From Sedimentisphaeraceae bacterium JB056 (GTDB lineage: Bacteria > Planctomycetota > Phycisphaerae > Sedimentisphaerales > Sedimentisphaeraceae): a stretch of 64,000 bases of DNA. Location of the stretch: contig JBITAJ010000012.1 in the NCBI GenBank assembly GCA_044440125.1, positions 224,001 to 288,000 on the forward strand, given 5' to 3'. Shown piece after piece: positions 19,116 to 28,058 of this stretch. The translations under genes were made by a program, and so were the position numbers. How positions within the stretch are numbered: position 1 is the stretch's first letter; the number at the start of each line of letters is the position of its first letter. The notes beneath the pieces were generated by a model. The model searched no databases. It saw only the letters and a program-made list of their open reading frames with translations, and was not told where the DNA came from.

Positions 19116-20370
19116 ATACACACGCATTATTCGAAAAGAGTCCATGCCTGAGCGCACGATTCGTCTAATTGCCAGAATAATTTTCTCATCAGTAATTTTC
19201 TGCTTTGCTGTGCTGCCTGTTCTTGTGGTGCTTTTCTTTCGAAAGATATTTACAGGTCGCAAGGTCTTTGTTTCTGATGTAATACTTGGCAAAAATGCAG
19301 AGCAGATTTATGTACTCAAGTTTAACTGCACTTCTAAGATTTTATCGCAGCTTCCGCTGGTTTTGTGGGTGTTGGCTGGTAAGCTGCGGATTGTAGGATT
19401 AAGCAAAAAGGGAGTTGATTTTCCACGGACCGATGGAGATGAAGTATTGTTTTCTGATAAGCCGGGTCTGTTTACTCTTTATTACCTGCGGCAGAGCACT
19501 AAAATTGTTCATAAGAGCCAATTTGAGATAGAGCTCGAATATCTTGAAAACAGGGGCTTGAAATACGATATACTTCTTATTATCAAGACGATACCGGCAT
19601 TTTTCTATAGTACCGAAGGTCTCTCGTTTAGCGACAAGGTAAACCTTCTGGATGTCGAATTCGACAATATTACTATGAAGAGTGCAGTAAATCTTATGAA
19701 GAACACGATTTTGAATGGAAAAAGACGTTTTATTTGCTTCGTAAACCCTGATTGTTTAAATAAAATCTTCACAGATAGAGAATATTTTGATATACTACAA
19801 AGGGCAAATAATGTATTTCCTGATGGCATAGGGATTAACATCGCGTGTAAGATGATAAGAAATCCTATGCGGGAGAACATTAACGGCACTGATATGTTGC
19901 CATATTTATGCGAGCTTTGTTCGGATAACGGATTTGGAATATATTTTTTGGGTGCCAAGCCTTCGGTTGCAGAGAAGATGAGCGTATTGCTCAAGGAAAA
20001 ATATCCGAACCTGCGGGTTTGCGGGTTTGCTGATGGTTATTTTGACCGATCGGATAATCAGGGTGTTATTGATGGTATTAATAGCTCCGGTGCGGATATT
20101 CTACTTGTAGCTTTTGGTGTTCCGATGCAGGAAAAATGGATAGATGAAAATTTACAAGCTCTTGATGTCCCAGTTGTTATGGGAGTCGGCGGCTTGTTTG
20201 ATTTCTATTCTGGAAATATTAAAAGGGCCCCTGTATGGCTGCGGGAAATCGGCGGTGAATGGATTTACAGGATATTACAGGAGCCTAAACGAATGTGGAA
20301 AAGGTATGTTATTGGGAATCCGGTTTTTCTATATCGGGTTTTAAGATGGAAAATGCGTAAAATTCGCTAA
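19093..20370 (+). CDS. WecB/TagA/CpsF (GT26) glycosyltransferase with N-terminal degenerate sugar-transferase domain
   Basis: FVNPD, PDGIG, NGTD, VAFGVPMQEKW, GVGGLFDF, RAPVW, EWIYRILQEPKRMWKRY; N-terminal 170 aa resembles Bac_transf. Confidence 0.9.
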   Translation: MNVAIPDKYTRIIRKESMPERTIRLIARIIFSSVIFCFAVLPVLVVLFFRKIFTGRKVFVSDVILGKNAEQIYVLKFNCTSKILSQLPLVLWVLAGKLRIVGLSKKGVDFPRTDGDEVLFSDKPGLFTLYYLRQSTKIVHKSQFEIELEYLENRGLKYDILLIIKTIPAFFYSTEGLSFSDKVNLLDVEFDNITMKSAVNLMKNTILNGKRRFICFVNPDCLNKIFTDREYFDILQRANNVFPDGIGINIACKMIRNPMRENINGTDMLPYLCELCSDNGFGIYFLGAKPSVAEKMSVLLKEKYPNLRVCGFADGYFDRSDNQGVIDGINSSGADILLVAFGVPMQEKWIDENLQALDVPVVMGVGGLFDFYSGNIKRAPVWLREIGGEWIYRILQEPKRMWKRYVIGNPVFLYRVLRWKMRKIR

Positions 20371-20389
20371 TAGCGGAGATGTTGTTCTT

Positions 20390-21109
20390 ATGGATATAGA
20401 CCCTCAAGTAAGGCGAAAATTATTGGATGATATAATTGCTCAGCCGTCAGGCTTTGAAGTGTTTAAACGTCACTTTAAGGTTTACAGTTGGGAGGTTACT
20501 GTATACTTGTCTTTTCTTGCTAAGAGAATAATAGATATTTCGGGCGCGTTGTTTTTTATTTTGCTTCTATCGCCAGTATTTATAATTACTGCGGTAGCGG
20601 TTTATGTTGATGACCCCGGAAAGATTCTTTATAAGCAAAAGCGAGTGGGCAAGAACGGCAGGCATTTTAATATGCTCAAGTTCAGGTCTATGGTGACTAA
20701 TGCCGATGAACTTAAGAAGAAACTGATGGAACAGAACGAATCGAGTGACGGCGTTATTTTCAAGATGAAAAACGATCCTCGGGTTACCAAGGTCGGAAGA
20801 TTCATAAGGAAGTTCAGTATTGATGAATTACCTCAGCTTTTTAATGTCCTTAAAGGCGATATGAGTCTTGTAGGTCCAAGGCCGCCTTTGGTTTCGGAAG
20901 TGGCATTATATACGCTGGAAGAAAGAAAAAGACTTCATGTTCTGCCCGGTATTACCTGTATATGGCAGGTTTCAGGCAGAAGCGATATTCCATTTAAGCA
21001 GCAAGTGAGACTTGATTTGGATTATATACAGACCCAAGGGTTCTGGATGGATATAAAGCTTTTACTGAGGACAGTTCCGGCTGTTTTGCTTGGTAAAGGC
21101 GGTTATTGA
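20390..21109 (+). CDS. Priming undecaprenyl-phosphate sugar phosphotransferase (Bac_transf / monotopic PGT)
   Basis: KRIIDI, KFRSM, DPRVTKVGRFIRKFSIDELPQLFNVLKGDMSLVGPRP, PGITCIWQVSGRS. Confidence 0.95.
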   Translation: MDIDPQVRRKLLDDIIAQPSGFEVFKRHFKVYSWEVTVYLSFLAKRIIDISGALFFILLLSPVFIITAVAVYVDDPGKILYKQKRVGKNGRHFNMLKFRSMVTNADELKKKLMEQNESSDGVIFKMKNDPRVTKVGRFIRKFSIDELPQLFNVLKGDMSLVGPRPPLVSEVALYTLEERKRLHVLPGITCIWQVSGRSDIPFKQQVRLDLDYIQTQGFWMDIKLLLRTVPAVLLGKGGY

Positions 21110-21165
21110 TAGATAGTGTGAAATTTAATAATAGTTAGTATTTACGAATAATAGGAGAATAAATA

Positions 21166-21498
21166 ATGGAGCTAAATTTTGAACTGGTAGATGGAGTAGC
21201 AATCTTGTCGGTAAACGGCCGTCTTGATTCGAACAATGTTAACATTCTTAAAGATGAATTTGGCAAGCATATTGGAAATGAGCCTAAGTTCATAATAAAT
21301 CTTCAAAACCTTGAGTTTATAGACAGTACCGGGCTTGGCGGGCTTGTCTCTTGTCTTAAGAAATGTATTGAAGCCGGTGGAGATTTAAAAATTGCTCAAT
21401 TGCCGCCCAAGCCGCGTATGGTATTTGAGATAACAAGGGCGCACAAGGTATTCGATATTTTCGATGACCTTGAAACCGCTATTGAAAGTTATGAGTGA
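21166..21498 (+). CDS. STAS-domain anti-anti-sigma factor (RsbV/SpoIIAA/SypA-like)
   Basis: GRLD, LEFIDSTGLGGL with the conserved phospho-acceptor Ser; AGGAGA RBS. Confidence 0.92.
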   Translation: MELNFELVDGVAILSVNGRLDSNNVNILKDEFGKHIGNEPKFIINLQNLEFIDSTGLGGLVSCLKKCIEAGGDLKIAQLPPKPRMVFEITRAHKVFDIFDDLETAIESYE

Positions 21499-21613
21499 TA
21501 GTTTAAGTTTATGCTATAAATTTGGCAATGTTTCAATGACAGTAAAGGGATGTACATTTAATTGTATTTTCAATTAAGCGGCATTGAAAATTTTACTGTT
21601 AAAGGCGGATAAT

Positions 21614-23005
21614 ATGAAGGCACTGATTTATTGTAAATCGGCTAATACCGATTGGGCTACCAAAAATTTTGGAGGACAGTCTCCGTATATGCTTCACGTG
21701 GTTAACAAACCGCTGCTGGAGTATTATATTGATTTCTGCGCTCTGAAGAATGTTACGGAAGTCAGGATAGTATCAGCGGATGATGATGGTAGCATTGCCA
21801 GATACTTTGAGGATGGCGGTAAGTGGGGACTGAGCATAAGCTATGGACTGGCCAAAGAGAATGATACGATAAAAAATGTATTCCTCAAGAACAAGGGGTT
21901 CTGTAAAAACAGTGAATTGCTTGTTATCGAAGGATATGGGTTTATCAATTATGACAAGTCTCAGGAGGATTACCCATTTTTCGAGAGTAATGTATCCACG
22001 CTTTTGCGATCAGGTAATTTCGCTGTGTATTATATATACAGGGAGGATATGGAGCAAAAAGTCGAGTGGCAGAATATAGACGATTGTTCTAATGCCGGTT
22101 TTACTATTGATGAGATCACAAATATTAGAAGCTATTATGATCTGAGCATCAGTATTATTTCCAATAAGTCGGAAAGGTTTGTTCTGCCTGGCTACAGCAG
22201 TGAAAAAGGTGTTTTCATTGGCCAGAATGTTGAAATTGCCAAAAGCTGCAGAGTTGAAAGACCTGTTATGATAGGCAATAATGTTCAGTTGAAAAATTCC
22301 GCCTCAATCGGTATTAATACTATTATAGGTAATAACGTCATCATTGATTCAGATGCAACACTAAGCGGCAGCATTGTTTATGGAAACAGCTATGTTGGGC
22401 GAGGTGTTGAGATTGTTAACAAGATCGTTTACAAAAACTGTCTTATATCACCTGATACAGGCGATGCTATAGAGATTGTTGACAGTTTCCTTACATCAAA
22501 GCTTGGTGAAGGGGCATTGACTAAGTCTTTCAGATATATCGTACATTATTTGTTTACCATATTGATGATTCTGATTCAGTTGATACCCATGACGGTCATA
22601 GGTATTCTTATGATTGTTACAGGTGCTAAGGCTTGTAAAGACAGTTATATCATTTCAAAAGGATTCCGTACGATAAGAATATCCGATTATGCCGCGAGCA
22701 AAAACTTTTTTGCCGGGATGTTCAAGAAATTTTCGCTGGATAAATTTTCGCTTTTTGTAGAAGCTTTCAAAGGTAATCTCAGTATCTCGGGGCATACTAT
22801 ATATCATGATACTGAAGAAAATCGCGAATTCATTGCAGAACTTCCTATGTATCGACCGGGTATTTTCACTTATACAGAAAGCATTGGTTTAGATGTTGAT
22901 GAGTATCAGTGTAGGATCAATGACAGTTTTTATTGTCAAAACAGGTCGTTGCTGCTTGATATTAAGATTGTTTTCGGTTCTATATTGAACAGGTTTCTCA
23001 ATTGA
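21614..23005 (+). CDS. Degenerate NDP-sugar pyrophosphorylase-like domain + hexapeptide beta-helix + degenerate sugar-transferase domain
   Basis: MKALI...VNKPLLEYYI...YFEDGGKWGLSISY without the GxGTR loop; IGQNVEI/IGNNV repeats; C-terminal FSLDKF...KGNLS...RPG...LLLDIKI. Confidence 0.75.
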   Translation: MKALIYCKSANTDWATKNFGGQSPYMLHVVNKPLLEYYIDFCALKNVTEVRIVSADDDGSIARYFEDGGKWGLSISYGLAKENDTIKNVFLKNKGFCKNSELLVIEGYGFINYDKSQEDYPFFESNVSTLLRSGNFAVYYIYREDMEQKVEWQNIDDCSNAGFTIDEITNIRSYYDLSISIISNKSERFVLPGYSSEKGVFIGQNVEIAKSCRVERPVMIGNNVQLKNSASIGINTIIGNNVIIDSDATLSGSIVYGNSYVGRGVEIVNKIVYKNCLISPDTGDAIEIVDSFLTSKLGEGALTKSFRYIVHYLFTILMILIQLIPMTVIGILMIVTGAKACKDSYIISKGFRTIRISDYAASKNFFAGMFKKFSLDKFSLFVEAFKGNLSISGHTIYHDTEENREFIAELPMYRPGIFTYTESIGLDVDEYQCRINDSFYCQNRSLLLDIKIVFGSILNRFLN

Positions 23006-23598
23006 TAGGTTCGTTGATACTCATAGGCGGCGGCAGTTGCTCTGGTAAGACAACACTTGCCTCTTCTCTTAAGGATACACTTGGAAAAGATGCCGTATTG
23101 ATATCAACAGATAATTTTTATAAAGGCGTTGGGCAGAATGGCTGCCGCAATGTTAATTTCGATCATCCTGGTATGATCGATTTTGATTATTTACGCGATT
23201 CAGTCGCAAGCCTCTTATCGGGCAGGGATGTCGAGATTCCACTTTATGATTTTTCGACTCATAGCCGGCTTGATGAAAAATTGAAGATTAAACCGGCTCA
23301 AACTGTAATAATAGAAGGTATATTTGCTCTTTATCAAAGAAAAATTTTAGAAATGTCGCGGCTAAAAGTGTTTGTCGATTGCGGCATTGATATTATGATA
23401 CGAAGAAGAATAGAGAGAGATGTTAAGGAAAGGGGCAGAAGCGTCAGGGATATTGTTGCTCAATTTCTCGATACGGTTCTGCCGATGTATTATGAATATG
23501 TGCTGCCAACAAGGAGGAATGCAGATATTATTCTTGACGGCAGAGGAGATTATAAGGAATTATTAAGGGATATTCTAAATCGATTAGGAGTAGAATGA
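23002..23598 (+). CDS. udk: Uridine kinase
   Basis: GGSCSGKTT, DNFYK, NFDHP, PLYDFSTHSR, IIEGIF, RRIERDVKERGRS; TTG start overlapping upstream TGA. Confidence 0.88.
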   Translation: MIGSLILIGGGSCSGKTTLASSLKDTLGKDAVLISTDNFYKGVGQNGCRNVNFDHPGMIDFDYLRDSVASLLSGRDVEIPLYDFSTHSRLDEKLKIKPAQTVIIEGIFALYQRKILEMSRLKVFVDCGIDIMIRRRIERDVKERGRSVRDIVAQFLDTVLPMYYEYVLPTRRNADIILDGRGDYKELLRDILNRLGVE

Positions 23599-26500
23599 AA
23601 ATGAAGAGGTCAGTATTTGTTTTATGTATTATCGCAGCGTGTGTTTGTCAGAGTTTTGGGGTTTCTTATGAAGGAGGGGACGGCTCAGAGGCAAATCCAT
23701 ACCAAATCGCAACAGCAGAGCAGTTTTTACAAATTGAGGGTTCACGTGATAGTTTTATTCTTTTAAATGATATTGACCTATCTGGTCAGAGTTTTGGAAG
23801 TTACGTCCTTGATTCCTCATTTGATGGAATTCTTGATGGAAATGGCTTTGCTGTAACAGGGCTTAACATATCCTCTGGTGAGCAGCTCAGCAATGTTTCA
23901 CTCTTTTATACTTTAGGTAATGAAGCGGTTGTTAAAAATATTGGAATAAAGGATTTTACTATAGCGGCCCCTTTATCTACAAATGTTGCTGCTTTATGCG
24001 TTACTAATAGAGGACAGATTATTAACTGCTATGCTGAAGGTCCAATAAATGCTAAAGGACAGGCGTCAGGCCTGTGTTGTTTTAATTGGTCTTTGATTCG
24101 AAATTCTTATTTTAAGGGTGATATTACGGTAGCGGATACAGGTGTGAGTGGTCTTTGTTTATATAATTATCCTGGTTCAATTATCCTGAATAGTTATTCT
24201 AAAACTACTATACAGGCTGAAGGTTTTGTTGGTGGTTTTTGTGCTGGTAATGCTGGGACAATAATAAATTGTTATAATGTTTCTACTTTTAATGTGTCTA
24301 ATGATGTTTATGGTTTTTGTGCTAATAATTTACAAGGCGATATAGTGTCGTGTTTTTGGGATACTGAAGTAGGGGGTAGCACGACAGAAGGCATAGGAAC
24401 TAGCTACAATCAAGATAGTTTTAATGGTCTTACAGGCTTGAGTACTCCTGAGATGGCCTATAGGTATACATATATTGATACCGGCTGGTCAGTTGTTGAT
24501 ATAGAAAACCACAGTGGTACAGAAGATTGGTACTTTATTGATGGTCATACGCCGGTATTAGCATGGCAGAAAGAAGTTCCCCATTACACCGTTACATTTG
24601 TAACTAACATATCTTCAAGTTATGTTAAGCGTGGTAAGCTTGTTCAGCAAGTTCCTTTTGGCACAAGTGCCACAGCACCTGTATTAGATTATTACAATCA
24701 TGTTGGTTGGGACGTTGATTTTAGTAATGTAACATCTGACCTTACAGTAACTGCCGTTCATGCGGATGATATTAATAAAGGTGATGGTACAGAAGGGAAT
24801 CCATATAAAATTTATACAATAGCGGATTTGGAGGCGGTTAATAATGATTCATATGGTTATTATGAATTGATGAATGATCTTAATATCAGTGGTTTGTTTT
24901 ATGATAAAAGTATAATAGACTCTTTTTCAGGGCATTTTGATGGATCATTTTTTTCTTTGATTGGGTTAGAAATATACAATGTTAAATATGATAATATAGG
25001 TTTAGTCGGTGAATTGACGTTTTCAGCGGTATTAAGAAATATTGTATTATCTAATGCCTCCGTAATATCATGTGGGAGTGATGATAAGATTGCCTCTCTT
25101 GTCGGCGATAGTAAAGGTACTATAGCAAAATGCTGCACAGAGAATTGTTTTGTATTGGGAGATGTTGATGTTGGCGGCTTATGTGGAGCTGTTGTGTCAG
25201 GTGAAATTACTCAAAGTTATTCGACAGGAAAAATATTAGGGCTTTCTATAAGAATAGGTGGTTTATGTGGCTTTTCGGATGAGAGCTACATAAAAGATTG
25301 TTATTCAGAGTGTGATGTTACTGCCGTGAATGTTCCTATAGGAGGATTCTGCGGTTTAATTAGTGGAGGTTATTTAGAGAATTGTTTTAGTACAGGAAAG
25401 GTACTGAAGGGTTACCCTTTTGCTCACATTAATGATGTTGATTATTTGGACAGTTGTTTTTGGTTGACTGATAGTAATCCAGATGCAGAATATGGTATTC
25501 CATCAGATACAATGCTCTATCCAGGTGTAGTTACAGGTTTAAATTTATACCAAATGTCAAGACAATTAAACTTTACTTCTGATAATTGGGATTTTGTCGG
25601 GGAGAGTTATAATGGCAATCTTGGTATATGGTATATGCCTGCGGATGGACATCCTTTATTATCGTGGCAGGATGAGGTCCCGCATCATAAAGTTACGTTT
25701 ATATCAGGTGACTATGGGAAATTAACAGAAGATTCAGGTATAGGGCAATTAACAGAGGTAGTTCAGTTTGTAGCAGAAGGTAAAAGTGCTACCTCTCCAA
25801 TTATTGAATCCAACTATAGTAATTACAGTTGGATTGGATGGGATAAGGATTTCAGCAATGTAACGAGTGATTTAACTGTTAATGCGTTATATGAAGATGT
25901 AGAAAAAGGAGATGGTTCTGAGAGTAATCCTTACAAGATATACACAGTTGCAGATTTTGAGGAAATTAATAGTTCTCCAACAGCCTGTTATCTATTGATG
26001 AATGATATCAATTTAAGTGGTCAGGAGTATCCTGGTTGCGTCATAAATAGTTTTTATGGGATATTTGATGGTAACGGTTCTGAGTTGTATGGGTTAACTG
26101 GCAACGGATTTTTCAGTCAATTAGCACAAGGGGCTGTTGTGAAGAATCTTGGTTTAACCAAGGTGACTATTAATTCAGTATATGATAAATTAGGTGCGAT
26201 TGCGGGTGTTAGTGATGGTGTTATCCAAAACTGCTATGTAAAAGATGCTTTTATAAAGGGGGGGACAGATATTGGAGGACTTTGCGGTGAAAGTCGTGAT
26301 ATAATTAGCTCCAGTTATAGTTTGGGCAGAATAATAGGTAGTAATCGTGTTGGAGGACTTAGCGGATATGTTAGTGATGGTGAAATATTAGATTGCTATT
26401 CTGGTTGTGATGTAGAAGCCGGCCTTAGTTATAGGAGTGGTGGGCTTATTGGAAAATTGAATTCATATGCTATAAACTGCTATTCTACAGGTACAATAAA

Positions 26501-28046
26501 AAAGAGTATTTATGATGATTTAGATAATGCTTTCGTTGGTACACCGCTGGGGTATGTTTTTGACTCTTTCTGGTTGTTAGATAGTAATCCAGATATAGAG
26601 GATAATGCTATCTCATATTTAGGTCTTAGAGGTATAAATGGACTTGAGATGTCAAGTTTGTCGAATTTTATTGATGCCGGTTGGGATTTTGTTGGAGAAT
26701 CTAATAATGGTAGTCTTGATAAATGGTACATGCCTCAGGATGGATTTCCTATTTTAAGTTGGCAGGATGAGGTACCGCATTACAGAGTATCCTTTTTAGT
26801 AGGCGATAATGGAAATATAATTTCAGGTGAGGCTGTTCAGGAAGTCATTGCAGGTACAAGTGCTGTTTCACCTGTAGTGGAATCTTATGGTGCTTATAAA
26901 TGGGTTGGCTGGGATGTTGATTTTCGCTGTGTGATGAGCGACTTGATAATAAATGCGGTATATATTGATTCTGAAGGAACAGGCGATGGTTCGTCTGAGA
27001 ATCCGATACAGATCTTTACCGCAGATGACCTTGATAAAATTAATAATGCGCCTGACCTTTGTTATATTCTTATGGATGATATAAATCTTGCTGGTCGGGT
27101 TTATAATAGATGCGTTATTGAGTTTTTCTCAGGTTTTTTTGATGGGAATGGTCATTCTCTTTACAATATGACTATAGGTGATAGACTCTATGAAGGTGGC
27201 GTTCCCGGGGCAGGACTGTTCTGTTTCATTGAGCCCGATGGGTTAGTTAAAGACCTCAAATTGATTGATTTTACGATAACCATTAATGAAAATTTAGTTT
27301 GTGGAGCACTTGCTTCTCATAATAGCGGAATTGTCTCAGGTTGCAGCGCCGAGGGCTTTATAGAATCTTATTACGGGCTTCCTGTGCAATCAGGTGGGCT
27401 GTGCGGAATTAACGATGGGCTTGTGGAAAAATCATATTCAAAAGGTTCCATATTTGGCGGTAGTGCAGGTGGTTTATGTTGTATTAATCAGGGAGTTATT
27501 AAAAATTGTTTTTCAGAATGCTATATTTCAGAAGTTGAGCAAGGTGGCGGCCTTTGTTATGCAAATTCAGAGACCATGGAAAACTGTTATTCGTCAGGAT
27601 ATGGCGATAAGAATGAATTCGGAGAAATGGAAATAGCCGCCTTTTGCTATGATACACTTGGAATAATCACAAACTGTTTCTGGAATACTCAGACTTATGG
27701 GGTTGAGGATTTGCCGGGTGTTGGGGTATATAATGGTGATTCTTCGGGCGTTGTTGGTATAGGAAACGCTCAGATGGCTTATCCTAATACCTTTTCAAAT
27801 GCCGGTTGGGATTTAGCCGGTCGTTTGGGTGATGGATTTGAGGAAATATGGGTGGTTTCCGGCGGCGAGTTTCCGCAATTATCAGGCCTTGAGCCGGTAA
27901 GTTTTGACAATCAGGACGTTATTGGTATGATAAGCCAATGGCTTGGTGATGGTGATTATGATATATATCCCGATGGCGGGGATGGTGTTGTTGATATAAG
28001 AGATTGGGCATGGGTAGCTAAAGGCTGGGCCAATCAGGATTTATAA
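23595..28046 (+). CDS. Large secreted GLUG-repeat surface protein with four modules, three InlB-B-like linkers and a dockerin-like C-terminus
   Basis: Four GDGS/TxxNPYxI module starts, many GGLCG repeats, three PHYxVxF...GWDxDFxxVxSDL linkers, C-terminal DGVVDIRDW. Confidence 0.85.
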   Translation: MKMKRSVFVLCIIAACVCQSFGVSYEGGDGSEANPYQIATAEQFLQIEGSRDSFILLNDIDLSGQSFGSYVLDSSFDGILDGNGFAVTGLNISSGEQLSNVSLFYTLGNEAVVKNIGIKDFTIAAPLSTNVAALCVTNRGQIINCYAEGPINAKGQASGLCCFNWSLIRNSYFKGDITVADTGVSGLCLYNYPGSIILNSYSKTTIQAEGFVGGFCAGNAGTIINCYNVSTFNVSNDVYGFCANNLQGDIVSCFWDTEVGGSTTEGIGTSYNQDSFNGLTGLSTPEMAYRYTYIDTGWSVVDIENHSGTEDWYFIDGHTPVLAWQKEVPHYTVTFVTNISSSYVKRGKLVQQVPFGTSATAPVLDYYNHVGWDVDFSNVTSDLTVTAVHADDINKGDGTEGNPYKIYTIADLEAVNNDSYGYYELMNDLNISGLFYDKSIIDSFSGHFDGSFFSLIGLEIYNVKYDNIGLVGELTFSAVLRNIVLSNASVISCGSDDKIASLVGDSKGTIAKCCTENCFVLGDVDVGGLCGAVVSGEITQSYSTGKILGLSIRIGGLCGFSDESYIKDCYSECDVTAVNVPIGGFCGLISGGYLENCFSTGKVLKGYPFAHINDVDYLDSCFWLTDSNPDAEYGIPSDTMLYPGVVTGLNLYQMSRQLNFTSDNWDFVGESYNGNLGIWYMPADGHPLLSWQDEVPHHKVTFISGDYGKLTEDSGIGQLTEVVQFVAEGKSATSPIIESNYSNYSWIGWDKDFSNVTSDLTVNALYEDVEKGDGSESNPYKIYTVADFEEINSSPTACYLLMNDINLSGQEYPGCVINSFYGIFDGNGSELYGLTGNGFFSQLAQGAVVKNLGLTKVTINSVYDKLGAIAGVSDGVIQNCYVKDAFIKGGTDIGGLCGESRDIISSSYSLGRIIGSNRVGGLSGYVSDGEILDCYSGCDVEAGLSYRSGGLIGKLNSYAINCYSTGTIKKSIYDDLDNAFVGTPLGYVFDSFWLLDSNPDIEDNAISYLGLRGINGLEMSSLSNFIDAGWDFVGESNNGSLDKWYMPQDGFPILSWQDEVPHYRVSFLVGDNGNIISGEAVQEVIAGTSAVSPVVESYGAYKWVGWDVDFRCVMSDLIINAVYIDSEGTGDGSSENPIQIFTADDLDKINNAPDLCYILMDDINLAGRVYNRCVIEFFSGFFDGNGHSLYNMTIGDRLYEGGVPGAGLFCFIEPDGLVKDLKLIDFTITINENLVCGALASHNSGIVSGCSAEGFIESYYGLPVQSGGLCGINDGLVEKSYSKGSIFGGSAGGLCCINQGVIKNCFSECYISEVEQGGGLCYANSETMENCYSSGYGDKNEFGEMEIAAFCYDTLGIITNCFWNTQTYGVEDLPGVGVYNGDSSGVVGIGNAQMAYPNTFSNAGWDLAGRLGDGFEEIWVVSGGEFPQLSGLEPVSFDNQDVIGMISQWLGDGDYDIYPDGGDGVVDIRDWAWVAKGWANQDL

Positions 28047-28058
28047 AAGAGTTGCAGT

